Assembly: GCA_021498095.1 (NCBI GenBank)
Contig: JAIZWK010000001.1
Span: 1,230,001 to 1,262,000, forward strand
Reading direction: 5' to 3'
DNA length: 32,000 nt
Origin: Candidatus Harpocratesius repetitus
Lineage (GTDB): Archaea; Asgardarchaeota; Lokiarchaeia; Sigyniarchaeales; Promethearchaeaceae
The notes below the pieces were generated by a model. That model saw only the letters and a program-made list of their open reading frames with translations, did not search any database and was not told where the DNA came from. Shown one piece after another: positions 9,032-19,500 of the stretch (positions are counted from its first letter, which is position 1; every line of letters starts with the position of its first letter). Position numbers and translations under genes: made by a program.

Positions 9032-12000
9032 ATGTCAAAGTCCGATGAAATTTCAGAATCAATTTCCCATATTTCTACAATTTCTAATGTAGATAAGGAA
9101 AAAAAAGTTTCAATATCAGAGAAAAGTCTCTCTTCATCACCAATTATATTTGTTGAAAAAATAGTGTTACAAAACTTTCTTTCTTTTGAATATGATGAAG
9201 TGCTATTTGATCCTCAATTTTCAATTATTATTGGACCAAATGGAGCGGGAAAAAGTTCTATTTATCAAGCATTAAAATTTGTATTAGGTTCTAACGATTA
9301 CGACGGTAGATATTCTAAATGGTCTGATTTTATTAGAACAGGTGCTAAAAAAGCTGTTGTTCAAATTCATATATTTATCGATAAAGAGGAATATATATTA
9401 CAGCGCATCGTTTCTATGAATGAAACACCTAAATTTTTATTTAAATCACCAAAAGATAAAAAATTGAGAACTATATCTGTTAAAAAAGTTAAAGATTTTA
9501 CAAAACAAATTCAAATTGATCCTAATAATATTTTTGCATTTATGTCTCAAGGAAATATTGATACAATTAAAGATTTCAAAGAAGAAACCCTCTGTTCGTT
9601 TATCGAAAATGGATTGGGATTAAATTTGACTCGAGAACAAATACTTGAAGTAAAATCTGAGATATTTCGATTGAAACAAGAAGAAAATTCATTATTAACT
9701 GAGCGAGAAAACATTCTTAATCAACTAACAGAATTAGAACCTTTAATTGAACAGCTGAAAAAGAAAGATGAACTCAAATCTCATTTAGATAAGTTACAAT
9801 TAGAATTAATAATTGCTCAAAAATCACAAATTGAAGAAGAAATCGAGAGATTGCAAAACAAAATTTTAATTATTTCTAAAGAAATTCAATCTTTTAACAA
9901 ACAAATTAATGGATTTAGTGAAGATATTTCTAATTATGAAAATGAAAAAGAAAAAGAAACAAAGTTCTATAATGAATTGATTGAACAACGAACTAAACTT
10001 CAAATGAAAAACGAGCATATTAAACAGCAAATAGAAGATTGGACAGATGAAAAAAATAATATTGCTACTCAAATTCAAAGTTTGGAACATGAAATTGAGA
10101 CACAAATTAAACAAAAAAAGCAAATTTCTTCCGAAATGGTTCTTAGTGAGTCAAAAATTAAATCAACTGAAATTCAACTCAGTAAACATCAAAAACAGAT
10201 CCAAAATTTACAAACTATACAGACACAATTACAAAATCAAATGCAACAATATAAATATACAATTAATCAATTAGATGCTGAAGAACAAGTTTTAAATATT
10301 TTAACTGCAAGTATGGATGAGTATCAAGCTGATTATGACAATTTCACAAAAGAAATTGATCAAAGATTAAGAGAAATCAATAAGATTAAAAATGAATTTC
10401 GAAAATATCAATGGTTTTTAAAGAATCCTACTGATAATTTACCCGATTTAATGCGACAAGAAGAACATAATGTTTTACAGAGAATCTCTGTTTTAACGAA
10501 AAATTTAAGTGACTTACAAGAAATTTATAATGAAAATATTAAATCAATAGAAAAAATAAATAATTCCATTATTGATCGAAATTTTCCGAAACCGCGGCAA
10601 ATTCAAGCTTTACTAGATGAATTGAAAGAACGAAATCTTAATTTTATTGGCCCATTAATCGATTACATAACCTATGATGAATTATACAGATCAGCAGTAG
10701 AATCTATATTTGGTTTTTCTGTACTTTTCAGTTTTATTGCTAAAGATAGCGAAACATTCCATCTCCTAACAACTTTAGCTAAAAAACATGGTGCTAAATG
10801 CAAAATTTATAAAGAACGGACAAATCAAATTAGACCTCTTCCTAATCTTAAACCTGATCCAACATCAGGAATTTTTGGGTATTTAGCGGAAAAAATTAAA
10901 CCAATTTCGGAAGATCCTGCAATTTTGAAAGTAATTTACTCAGTAGCCAATAAAACTTTAGTAGTTAAAGATCATATTATCGGAGAACAATATATTGAAC
11001 GATATAATTGGTCCTCATGGGTAGTTACTTTAGCAGGTGATCAAATTCGCCCTAAAAGACTTGTTTTAGAAGCTCTACCACGTATTTCTTCTTCTCAAAG
11101 AGCAAAATTTCAAAATGTAGCTCAAGCAAAGAAAAAAATTGCAGAATTATCGAATCAAATGAAACATAATAGAGAATTATATTTGGAAAGAGAACAACGA
11201 TTAGAAGAAGAAAAACACAAACTCTCAATTCTAAAAACCAGATTACAGGATGTTGATCGATTATATTCAAATTATAAACTTTTAGAAATAAAAACGACAT
11301 CAAAAAATAATCTTGTATCAAAAAAGAAAGAATTATTCAAAAAAATCCAAGAAAAAATCCAAGATATTCAAGAAAAAGAAAAGAAGATTAACAGCTTAAG
11401 ACAATCTTTACCTGATTCATTCGTTGAACAAAAACAGCAACTCGATGAAATTCCTCTAAAAATTGCAGAATTAAATGAAATTTTAATAGAATTAAATGAT
11501 ATGTACGGAAATCTTCAAAAAAATAGAGAAAACTTGAAAGAAAATGAGATAAAAATTAAAATTCATCTTGAAGATTTAGAAAAGCAGAAATCTAAATTAA
11601 ACTTTGAGTTGAAATCTAAAGATGATAAATTTTATAGTTTATTTCAAGAAACAATAAAATTAGAAAAAGAAATTCATCAATATCAACAGAAAGAAAAAGA
11701 GAAAGGCGAGAAATTGAAAGATTTAGAAGAGAAAATCTCCAATATTCTAGAAAAGAAGCATGAAATTTCTCTAAAAATCAACACACTTCAATTTAAGCAG
11801 TCTCAACTTTCACAATCTTTGGAAGATAATACCGTTAAACTTCAAACCATAGAAAATCTTCTCAAAGGAAGCATTTCTTTGAATTCTAAAAGAACGATTG
11901 ATGAAATTGAAGCAGATATCCAGTTTATTCAACATGAAATCGATAAAATTCAAGTCGATGATGGAATTTTATTAGAAAAGGAAAAATTGGAGAATATTAT

Positions 12001-12565
12001 CGATCGCATTGGTGAAAAACGACAATCTTTACAAAATGAAATTTCTGCTGCTGAAACGTCCCAAAAGCGATTAGAAACAACTTTTTTTAAGAATTTTCAG
12101 GAAAAAATTAATTTTCTACAAGATTCCACAAATTCTAAACTTCAATTTTCAGGTCAGAATTTTACAATTCAAATGAATCTTAAAGGTGAAATTGAATCTC
12201 TAAAGTTATCAGTAATAACAACAACTAGTATTAACAATTGTAATGTTCAATACCCCTTGCAAGCTGTCAGTGGTGGCCAACGATCGATGGTTGGAATTTG
12301 TCTGATGTTATCACTCACCCATCTAAATCCATCTCCTTTGAATATTTATGATGAATGTGATATGTTTTTAGACGAACTTAACGCTGAAACTATTGCTAAA
12401 CTAATTCATCAACTTGCAAGAAATGGTATTCAATTTATTTTATTAATGCCAAGTAAAAATATCCCTCTGCTAAAAAACGCAAATAAAGTTATTGGAGTTA
12501 GTCGTAACGGGAAATTTGGGCCTTCATTTGTTCATTATTCTCGCGCATTTGCTCATGAATCTTAG
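9032..12565 (+). CDS. smc: SMC ATPase, SMC5/6-like (ORF from 8999; ATG at 9032 preferred)
   Basis: Walker A GPNGAGKS (~9233), 'IDPNNIFAFMSQG' Q-loop, long coiled coils, hinge 'IGPLIDYI...YRSAVESIFG', signature VSGGQRS (~12266) and Walker B/D-loop 'PSPLNIYDECDMFLD'. Confidence 0.92.
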   Translation: MSKSDEISESISHISTISNVDKEKKVSISEKSLSSSPIIFVEKIVLQNFLSFEYDEVLFDPQFSIIIGPNGAGKSSIYQALKFVLGSNDYDGRYSKWSDFIRTGAKKAVVQIHIFIDKEEYILQRIVSMNETPKFLFKSPKDKKLRTISVKKVKDFTKQIQIDPNNIFAFMSQGNIDTIKDFKEETLCSFIENGLGLNLTREQILEVKSEIFRLKQEENSLLTERENILNQLTELEPLIEQLKKKDELKSHLDKLQLELIIAQKSQIEEEIERLQNKILIISKEIQSFNKQINGFSEDISNYENEKEKETKFYNELIEQRTKLQMKNEHIKQQIEDWTDEKNNIATQIQSLEHEIETQIKQKKQISSEMVLSESKIKSTEIQLSKHQKQIQNLQTIQTQLQNQMQQYKYTINQLDAEEQVLNILTASMDEYQADYDNFTKEIDQRLREINKIKNEFRKYQWFLKNPTDNLPDLMRQEEHNVLQRISVLTKNLSDLQEIYNENIKSIEKINNSIIDRNFPKPRQIQALLDELKERNLNFIGPLIDYITYDELYRSAVESIFGFSVLFSFIAKDSETFHLLTTLAKKHGAKCKIYKERTNQIRPLPNLKPDPTSGIFGYLAEKIKPISEDPAILKVIYSVANKTLVVKDHIIGEQYIERYNWSSWVVTLAGDQIRPKRLVLEALPRISSSQRAKFQNVAQAKKKIAELSNQMKHNRELYLEREQRLEEEKHKLSILKTRLQDVDRLYSNYKLLEIKTTSKNNLVSKKKELFKKIQEKIQDIQEKEKKINSLRQSLPDSFVEQKQQLDEIPLKIAELNEILIELNDMYGNLQKNRENLKENEIKIKIHLEDLEKQKSKLNFELKSKDDKFYSLFQETIKLEKEIHQYQQKEKEKGEKLKDLEEKISNILEKKHEISLKINTLQFKQSQLSQSLEDNTVKLQTIENLLKGSISLNSKRTIDEIEADIQFIQHEIDKIQVDDGILLEKEKLENIIDRIGEKRQSLQNEISAAETSQKRLETTFFKNFQEKINFLQDSTNSKLQFSGQNFTIQMNLKGEIESLKLSVITTTSINNCNVQYPLQAVSGGQRSMVGICLMLSLTHLNPSPLNIYDECDMFLDELNAETIAKLIHQLARNGIQFILLMPSKNIPLLKNANKVIGVSRNGKFGPSFVHYSRAFAHES

Positions 12566-12585
12566 GCAAGAATCGGAGTGAAAAA

Positions 12586-13392
12586 ATGGTAAATCGCAGC
12601 GAATTACAAGATTTGATGAAAGAAATTGAGGAATTGGAAAAGCAAGCTAATTCTGATACAGATCAATTAATAGATAAAGATCTTATTCCTATTTTTCATA
12701 AGCTTTCTTCATTATTAAATCCTAAAGATATTGATCTTGCACTTTCTATCTTACAAGGCGGAACGGACATTTTAAGGCTGAAAATTGAAGCAATAAAACA
12801 ATATATCTTATTATTATCTCAAAGGGAACTTATTGATGCATTTTTGGAGAATAATTCTGATGATATTTTATTAAACTCTCTTTTAAAACGATTTTGGATA
12901 TCCCCTTTTCAAATTTCTTCCATTTCTTCAAAATATTTGATTAAAAGTTATCAAAATCTAGTATTGGAAAAAAAATCCAGAAGTGCTTATTCTCCACCAT
13001 CAGAATTAGTGTCAAATTCAGAAAAATCTGTTGAAATGTTCTCACTTGATTCTAAAGAGATACAAGAAGAAATTCACTCCTTTTATCAAAATATTTTAAA
13101 CGTACTTCCTTGCGAATTGTCTGTTATTTTGCATAATTATCAAAATCCCAGTCAATATTTTCGCCATTTTTCATACATTTTGCATTTAACACAAGAAGGA
13201 TTTTTAAAATACGATCAGCAAACAAAATTCTTTTCCATTGCAGCAGATAAGGAAGAAAGAGTGGAAAAATATGAAAGAAAAAGGGAAAAGAAAGAAATGG
13301 ATGAAAGCAATGAGAAAAAGAAAGGAAATTTAAACAAAATAGTAAATCAAGACGAAAATCCAAATGAAAGAAAAGGAAGTGAAGAAATATGA
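12586..13392 (+). CDS. Kleisin-like subunit (ScpA/Nse4-like)
   Basis: Lies 20 bp after smc with an SD-like GGAGTGA. The helical N-domain ('LALSILQGGTDILRLKIEAI') and C-terminal winged-helix pattern ('YFRHFSYILHLTQEGFLKYDQ') resemble the kleisin termini. Charged low-complexity tail. Confidence 0.65.
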   Translation: MVNRSELQDLMKEIEELEKQANSDTDQLIDKDLIPIFHKLSSLLNPKDIDLALSILQGGTDILRLKIEAIKQYILLLSQRELIDAFLENNSDDILLNSLLKRFWISPFQISSISSKYLIKSYQNLVLEKKSRSAYSPPSELVSNSEKSVEMFSLDSKEIQEEIHSFYQNILNVLPCELSVILHNYQNPSQYFRHFSYILHLTQEGFLKYDQQTKFFSIAADKEERVEKYERKREKKEMDESNEKKKGNLNKIVNQDENPNERKGSEEI

Positions 13393-13949
13393 ATGAATTT
13401 TGCCTTCTTACGCATTTACTCAGCGATACTCAAATAATAAATTCGGATATATCAGATAATATTATTTCAATTGGTTGCACTGAAGATCAACTAATTAAAT
13501 CTTTAGGATTGAGTGGAAAATATGCAAAAATTCAATTAATACAATTACTTAATTCGTATGCTCAAGCAATTCGTGTATTTGGTTTGAGAGTTCAGAAAAA
13601 CCAACTTAATCAAAGATGGTTTTTAGCTAAATCACCTGAAATTCTCGAGTCAATAGGTAGTAATCCATTTCAAAATAAGCCTCGATTAGGGGCTACGCTA
13701 ATGGTTATAATTACATCTATTATGATTTCAAAAAGTCCCGTTGATAAAGCGAGAATCTTAGAAATACGCAAAAAACAATCAATTGAAGAAGATCTTAAAG
13801 CACTAGCTAAAATGAATTTTATTATAATTTCTAAATCAAAAATATCATTACATCCCAATTTAGGTTATTATCTTGATTTTTCAAATTTTTTCTCAGCTGT
13901 GGAGCACTTATCCTTAAAATCTGATAATCAAAAATCTTCATCTTCTTAA
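13389..13949 (+). CDS. KITE-like tandem winged-helix subunit (ScpB/Nse1/Nse3-like)
   Basis: ATGA overlap with the kleisin stop. About 186 aa with two WH-like halves ('LLNSYAQAIRVFGLRVQKN...WFLA'; 'LMVIITSIMI...IEEDLKALAKMNFI...ISLHP'). Confidence 0.6.
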   Translation: MNEFCLLTHLLSDTQIINSDISDNIISIGCTEDQLIKSLGLSGKYAKIQLIQLLNSYAQAIRVFGLRVQKNQLNQRWFLAKSPEILESIGSNPFQNKPRLGATLMVIITSIMISKSPVDKARILEIRKKQSIEEDLKALAKMNFIIISKSKISLHPNLGYYLDFSNFFSAVEHLSLKSDNQKSSSS

Positions 13950-14060
13950 TAGTTGAATGAGTTGTGTTAAGAATGAATTGGTAATTATCTAGATGATATT
14001 CAAATGTTATTTATATGATTGAGAGATTTATTTCAAATTTTGGTTTGAAATCTATTGAAG

Positions 14061-14381
14061 ATGGGTCTTTTTACACACAAAACCAAAGGAAATATTGAAA
14101 ATAAATTTCCTTCTGAAAATTTATTCATAAAACAAATTACATTAAACGGATCGCGTGATTTTGCTTTGCTTCAGCACAATCTTTTAGATGGGAATTTAAT
14201 GATTGTAAATCTAAAACCTCTACTTCGAATTGCTAAGGGACAAAAATCAGAATCATCAGTACTTCAAGATCAACTTCAAAAAATTAAAAAATACTGCTTA
14301 CGTACGGGTGGAAATGTAATAAAATTGAAGGAATGTACACTTTTGATAACACCTAATCATTTATTCAAAATTGAACGCTAA
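14061..14381 (+). CDS. sepF: Archaeal-type SepF-family protein (ORF from TTG 14055; ATG at 14061 preferred)
   Basis: MGLF start, 'LLDGNLMIVNLKPL', 'LQKIKKYCLRTGGNV' and 'LLITPNHLFKIER' match the SepF core pattern. Confidence 0.8.
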   Translation: MGLFTHKTKGNIENKFPSENLFIKQITLNGSRDFALLQHNLLDGNLMIVNLKPLLRIAKGQKSESSVLQDQLQKIKKYCLRTGGNVIKLKECTLLITPNHLFKIER

Positions 14382-14410
14382 TACTTAGTTGTAAATAAAT
14401 TCTAAGTTCA

Positions 14411-14845
14411 TTATCCTATTGTTTTAATTTCATCAAATAATGATTGTAAGTTAGAGTTCCCTAAATTCTTAAGAACTTCTATTAAATCTTGAAGGGTTGT
14501 AAATTTATCTTTCCATGTTGCTTCATCAATGGCGAGAACAAACCCTGATTTGAAAACTACAGCAAAGTAGTCTGTTCCTTTTGTATTTTTTATTAATTTT
14601 GGTTCAATTCGTAGTACATTATCAGAAAAATTTGGAAAAGAATCAGTAAAAATTTTTCCTTTTACTTCAAAATAACGATAATTAATAACTATTGCTTTTC
14701 CTACCCCCACTGATACAGAATACTGATCTTTTATGAATTCTTCTTTAATTACCAAAATTTCATTTCCATTTTCAGGAAATTGAACTACTTTTCCCTTATT
14801 TTCTGCTTCCAACTTTAGTTTTTCAATTATTGAGTGATAGTTCAT
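14411..14845 (-). CDS. Hypothetical protein (~144 aa; ORF extends to 14893)
   Basis: Open frame with host-like composition filling the gap between sepF and csp; no motif recognised. Confidence 0.7.
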   Translation of the reverse strand: MNYHSIIEKLKLEAENKGKVVQFPENGNEILVIKEEFIKDQYSVSVGVGKAIVINYRYFEVKGKIFTDSFPNFSDNVLRIEPKLIKNTKGTDYFAVVFKSGFVLAIDEATWKDKFTTLQDLIEVLKNLGNSNLQSLFDEIKTIG

Positions 14846-15017
14846 TAAGATCTTTTGCCATGCAAACCACTTAATTCTTTTGGAAATTATCAAAAAAGAT
14901 TTAAAAGTCGTAACAACAAGTTAAAATAACTAATTCGATCCTTATATGTTGAGTTGATCGAGATCACAAGTAGCGAATACAGGAATTCACGAACTAATAT
15001 GGATGGTGAAATACACA

Positions 15018-15284
15018 ATGGAACGTGGAACGGTGAAATGGTTCGATCCTCGTCTTGGTTTTGGATTTATTAAACGAGACAGTATTCCCGAAAATGAACC
15101 TAATCATGAAATTTTTGTCCATTACTCACATATTAATATGGAAGGTTTTAAAACACTTCTACCTGATTTGCGTGTAGAATTTGACGTAGTTGCTGGAATG
15201 AAAGAAGGAACAGTAGAAGCCCGCAATGTAACTATTATTCCGCCTGACTTTGTGCTGAACAAGCAAAAAGATGAAGGAAAGTAA
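15018..15284 (+). CDS. csp: Cold-shock domain protein (CspA family)
   Basis: GTVKWF, RNP1 GFGFI, RNP2 IFVHYS, 'EGFKTL' and 'VEFDV...ARNV'. SD-like GGTGA at 15005-15009 favours ATG 15018 over 15003. Confidence 0.93.
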   Translation: MERGTVKWFDPRLGFGFIKRDSIPENEPNHEIFVHYSHINMEGFKTLLPDLRVEFDVVAGMKEGTVEARNVTIIPPDFVLNKQKDEGK

Positions 15285-15322
15285 AATTCAGAAATAGTTA
15301 TGAAATTGTTTAAAAATAATTT

Positions 15323-16492
15323 TTAAGAATGTAAAAACCAAATGATTTGGGATAATAAAATTGGTTCATATCTAAGAAAATTATGACCTCCTCTTTGAGT
15401 TATAAGCCAATTTGATGAATCTAAGTTCAATTCATCTAAATTATCCCAAAAATGCTCAACTGGAATTACTAAATCATTTTTAGCATGGATTAGATAGAAT
15501 TTTTTGTTATTGTAGTTTTTCCAAAAGACTTGGTTTTTCATTTCTTGCTTTTTTCGTTCAATTTGTAAAAGTGGAGATAATTCAAAATTTTTTTTATAAA
15601 TTGGATTTATTGGGACTCCAAAAAATGTATATCTTAACCAAAACCACCAATTTTTCAGAAATGGAACAGGTGAAAAGGGAATTGATTCACGATAATTTCC
15701 CATTGCTGCTACGGCAATAATTTTTGAAATGTCATTATTAATATAATAGTGATTTTCAATCTGATTTTCTTTTTTGACTTCCTTATCTATATTTTTGGAA
15801 TCATTTTGATTTTTGATATTATCTTGACTTTCTGGGATAAGGTTTAGGTTCCTCAGACCCTGCTTTATAACAGCGATAGCACCTAATGATAAACCGATAA
15901 GATTTATTGTCAAATCACAAAAGCGTGGATCTTTTTTCAGAAATTTGATAACATACTCTAAATCGTTTGTTATTTCTACGAACTGAGATTTTGCACCTGC
16001 TTTACGGGATTTTTTTGTTCCGCGATTATCATATGCGATTACATTAAATCCAGCATGAGCAAGAGGAATTGTATAATGCCGGATGTAGAGAGAATCATCT
16101 GAAAATCCGTGAACGAAAATGATTATTGGTGATTTATTGCTATTAAATTGGCTATGAATCCATTCTCCATGTAAAAATTTGATTTTCTTTTTTTTGTCTT
16201 TATTGTTTTTTTGACTTTCATTACCTTCAAATGAGGTAAGTGGAATTGAAATTGGTGTAATTTCGACTCGATTTCTTTCTACATCCGCTCCAAACCAACG
16301 AAATTGCCAGAAATCACGAATTTCAAAATACAATGACCAGCAAAGCCACCAAAATAAGAAAGTAAAAACAGAAAGATATAGAGAATTTCCCAAAGAATTT
16401 CCATAAAAAATAAAATAATTTACATAAAAAATTCCAGATGCAAGAATAATGCCTAAAAATAGTAAGAGATAATGTTTCGGCCGAATAATCAT
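15323..16492 (-). CDS. Membrane-anchored alpha/beta hydrolase
   Basis: Two N-terminal TM segments, 'FVHGF' oxyanion motif, GLSLG nucleophile elbow, 'HAKND' acid and 'GGHN' histidine. Confidence 0.88.
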   Translation of the reverse strand: MIIRPKHYLLLFLGIILASGIFYVNYFIFYGNSLGNSLYLSVFTFLFWWLCWSLYFEIRDFWQFRWFGADVERNRVEITPISIPLTSFEGNESQKNNKDKKKKIKFLHGEWIHSQFNSNKSPIIIFVHGFSDDSLYIRHYTIPLAHAGFNVIAYDNRGTKKSRKAGAKSQFVEITNDLEYVIKFLKKDPRFCDLTINLIGLSLGAIAVIKQGLRNLNLIPESQDNIKNQNDSKNIDKEVKKENQIENHYYINNDISKIIAVAAMGNYRESIPFSPVPFLKNWWFWLRYTFFGVPINPIYKKNFELSPLLQIERKKQEMKNQVFWKNYNNKKFYLIHAKNDLVIPVEHFWDNLDELNLDSSNWLITQRGGHNFLRYEPILLSQIIWFLHS

Positions 16493-16551
16493 AAGATATA
16501 ATATTATATGAACACATCCTAAAAAATAGCTAAGGTAAAGATATAGAATTA

Positions 16552-19500
16552 TTATTTATTATATTTACTAAATAATACTTCAAACTGCTGAATTACTTTG
16601 TTTTCTATGTCTTCATGCATTAACTGGTCTGAAATACATTCTAACTCTGAAAAAAGAAGAGATAATTGCTCTTTGTTGTGCTTAATTTGATTTCCACCTC
16701 TAATTGAGGATTCGAAATTTATTACATAAAATACTAATGATTTGGGTATTTCTAGTAGAATTCCAAGAATCAGATCTACTATATTTAGTGTATCTTTTAT
16801 TTGTGAAGAGTTAAATCTTCGATGTTCTGAATCATAGTGTTGGAATAATTTATCCATTAAGTATTCAGCACATTTTTTCAGCAAATGGGTAAATCGAATA
16901 AGCCTTTCTGGAAAATTTACAGGTAATGGAAAAGCTGCAAGAATATCTTTATTCATATGTCGTCCATCGCTAAAGATCCGAAACCATGTGTAAAACAAGG
17001 AAGAATTAATCAAACACAATAGAAATGCTTGAAAAGAAGAAGAAGGTGATTTTAAAGGGAGAAATGCGATTTGAGTCCCGCAATATGGTGGTTTATGCCA
17101 AGAATTGTACCAATAATTTCCTGAAATTCGGATCCAAACCCCATCTGAGGATCTTTCAGGGTATTGCTTTAGTATATAGTGCTTGGTCTCTTCATCCTTG
17201 CAAATGATTGCTGTCTTTATCCAATCTCCCAATCTCCTTTTTAGTTTTGTTTTTCTTATTATTTTTATTTTTTCATTTTTGTGTTGAGAATGATAATTTT
17301 TTGGTATAACTTCTGTCCATGATTTAAAAAGTGTTAAAAGTTCTAAAATAGGAGAGGTTCCAATTTTCGGAACTCGATGTGGCTCATTAAAGCTCACTCC
17401 GATATAATCTCCTAATAAAAATGAATTAGCCGGCTGATATTCGAATTCCATTAAAGAAGGAAGTTTGCGGAACATTTGAGTAGTATATAATTTTCCTTCT
17501 TTTTTTGGATATATTGGATGATGACCAAATGCTAAAAGAATTGAAACAGATTGAGTCATTCCATCAAATAAACGACATTTATCCCGATCAAATGTAGCTA
17601 AGAATAGAAAATTAAATGAATTAATCAGATTTTTTCTTAAATTCGATAGTTTTTTGTTAAAACAAATTGTATACGATGTCAATAGTCCAAAAGAACCGTT
17701 TATTTTTAAGAGTCGATTTATTTTTGAAATAAAAAGGCTTGAAATTTCACTTTTTAAGCCATCATAGTTTGGAAGTAGTTTTTTTTCTTGAGATGTTAGT
17801 AGATTTCCATAAGGAGGATTTCCCAGAATTAAATTAAATCCCGAGTTGAAGCATGAAGTCGGTTCAGGATGGTAAAATGGAGATGGACAGGGAAATTGCT
17901 CCGGAAATTCAAGGATCCAGTGAAAAATCTTAAGTGTGTTGTTATTTGTATTGCTTTTAGATTTGTACAGTTCAAAGTATAATTTATCCAGGATTTTTTG
18001 CAAATGATATTTGATATTCGTAATTAATTGTTGTGTCTCCTTTTTAAGATATTGTTCAAAAAAGAATACTCTATTTTTTCGGAATTCTGCAATAAGTTTG
18101 AAATATGGAACAATATAATTAAGAAGTCGGGAAGAATCTTGAAGAGAAATATGATTTATTTCAATCAAAGCAGAAATACCTTGAGGTAACTGATTAATCT
18201 CTGTTTTTTCTAAAAATTGCTGTAAATAGGTGTGAACACTTAATAAGTTCTTCACAATTTCATTTTTTATTTTAATGTTAATTTTGTGCAGGTTATTTCC
18301 ATTTAAGAAACGATCTAAATCATACCAAGAGTCCCAACCAATTAAACTGTTACCTGAATGAATATTCATTGGAATTAAGTGTATTTTCTGATTTTTTATC
18401 ATTTGTTCAGGAATTTGAGAGACTACCTTTAAATATAACCTCCATTTTGTTATTCTGCATGATCTGGGGTTAATATCCACTCCGTATAGCATTTTTGGAA
18501 AAATTTCATATTTACGAAAGAAGTAGATAGCTTCAGAAAAGGATTTTAGTGAAATTAAATCAAATTTTCGTTGTTTTTCGAGATAAATGGAGAGAATATC
18601 AATATACTGCCGATTTTTACATATATCCCAAATTTCTTTATAAAAACAAAATAATATATTATCCATAGCAATTAAGAAATCTCCAGTTCCCACTGCTGGA
18701 TCTAATATTCGGAGTTTTAGAATTTTCTGATGGATTTGTCTTATCAAAGTATATCCAGTTTCAATATCTAAACTCAGAATGAAATATTTCAGAGAAATTA
18801 AATCGAAAACTTCATTTTCAATGTTGAAATGTGCTATCTTTGAAGAAAAACTTGATTTTTTTGAATATTGATTAAAATTTGGCAAGTGTTTTATGATAGG
18901 GTGAATTACTGAACGTAAAAAAAGTTTCAAAGCAATATCTTCACAAATATATGCAGGAGTATAATATGCTCCTGTTTGTTGTTTCGTCTCATTTTGAAGA
19001 AACCTTTCAAATAAAAAACCCAGATCAGTTTGTGTTATATTACCCCACTTGAGTTCAAAGGTTTCACAAGCCGAGAAAATCGCAACGTGAAAAGAATTTT
19101 GTGAAAAAACTTCATTCTTGCTGCTTTTTTCATCTTTCTGCTCATTAACAAAAAAGATTGAGTCTTTTAAATTTTCAATTATTGAAAAAGGGATAATTTG
19201 ATTCTCGAAATTATCGAATAATGATGGATCTATTCTTACATAAATTGAATCAAATAAGTGGATTGGATTTCGTTTGTGTTTTTTACTTCTATTCCTATCT
19301 CCTTGTTCCTTTTTCTCTTTTTGATTATTTCCTTTATTGCATGGAAAAATAATAGTAGAAATAAGTTTTGATATAAATTTAGAAAAACCAGATGAATCAG
19401 ATAGACTACAAGGTTGATTATTTGTTAATTCTTCTTCATTTGAATAATTGTTTTGTGATTTTGAAATTTTTTGGAAAATGTCTTTGAAAATATTGGGATT

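Noticed and set aside
8999-13949. Wadjet (JetABCD)/MksBEFG-type anti-plasmid system
   Set aside because: No JetD/Toprim nuclease nearby, the gene order is SMC-kleisin-KITE, and the head and hinge motifs look Smc5/6-like.
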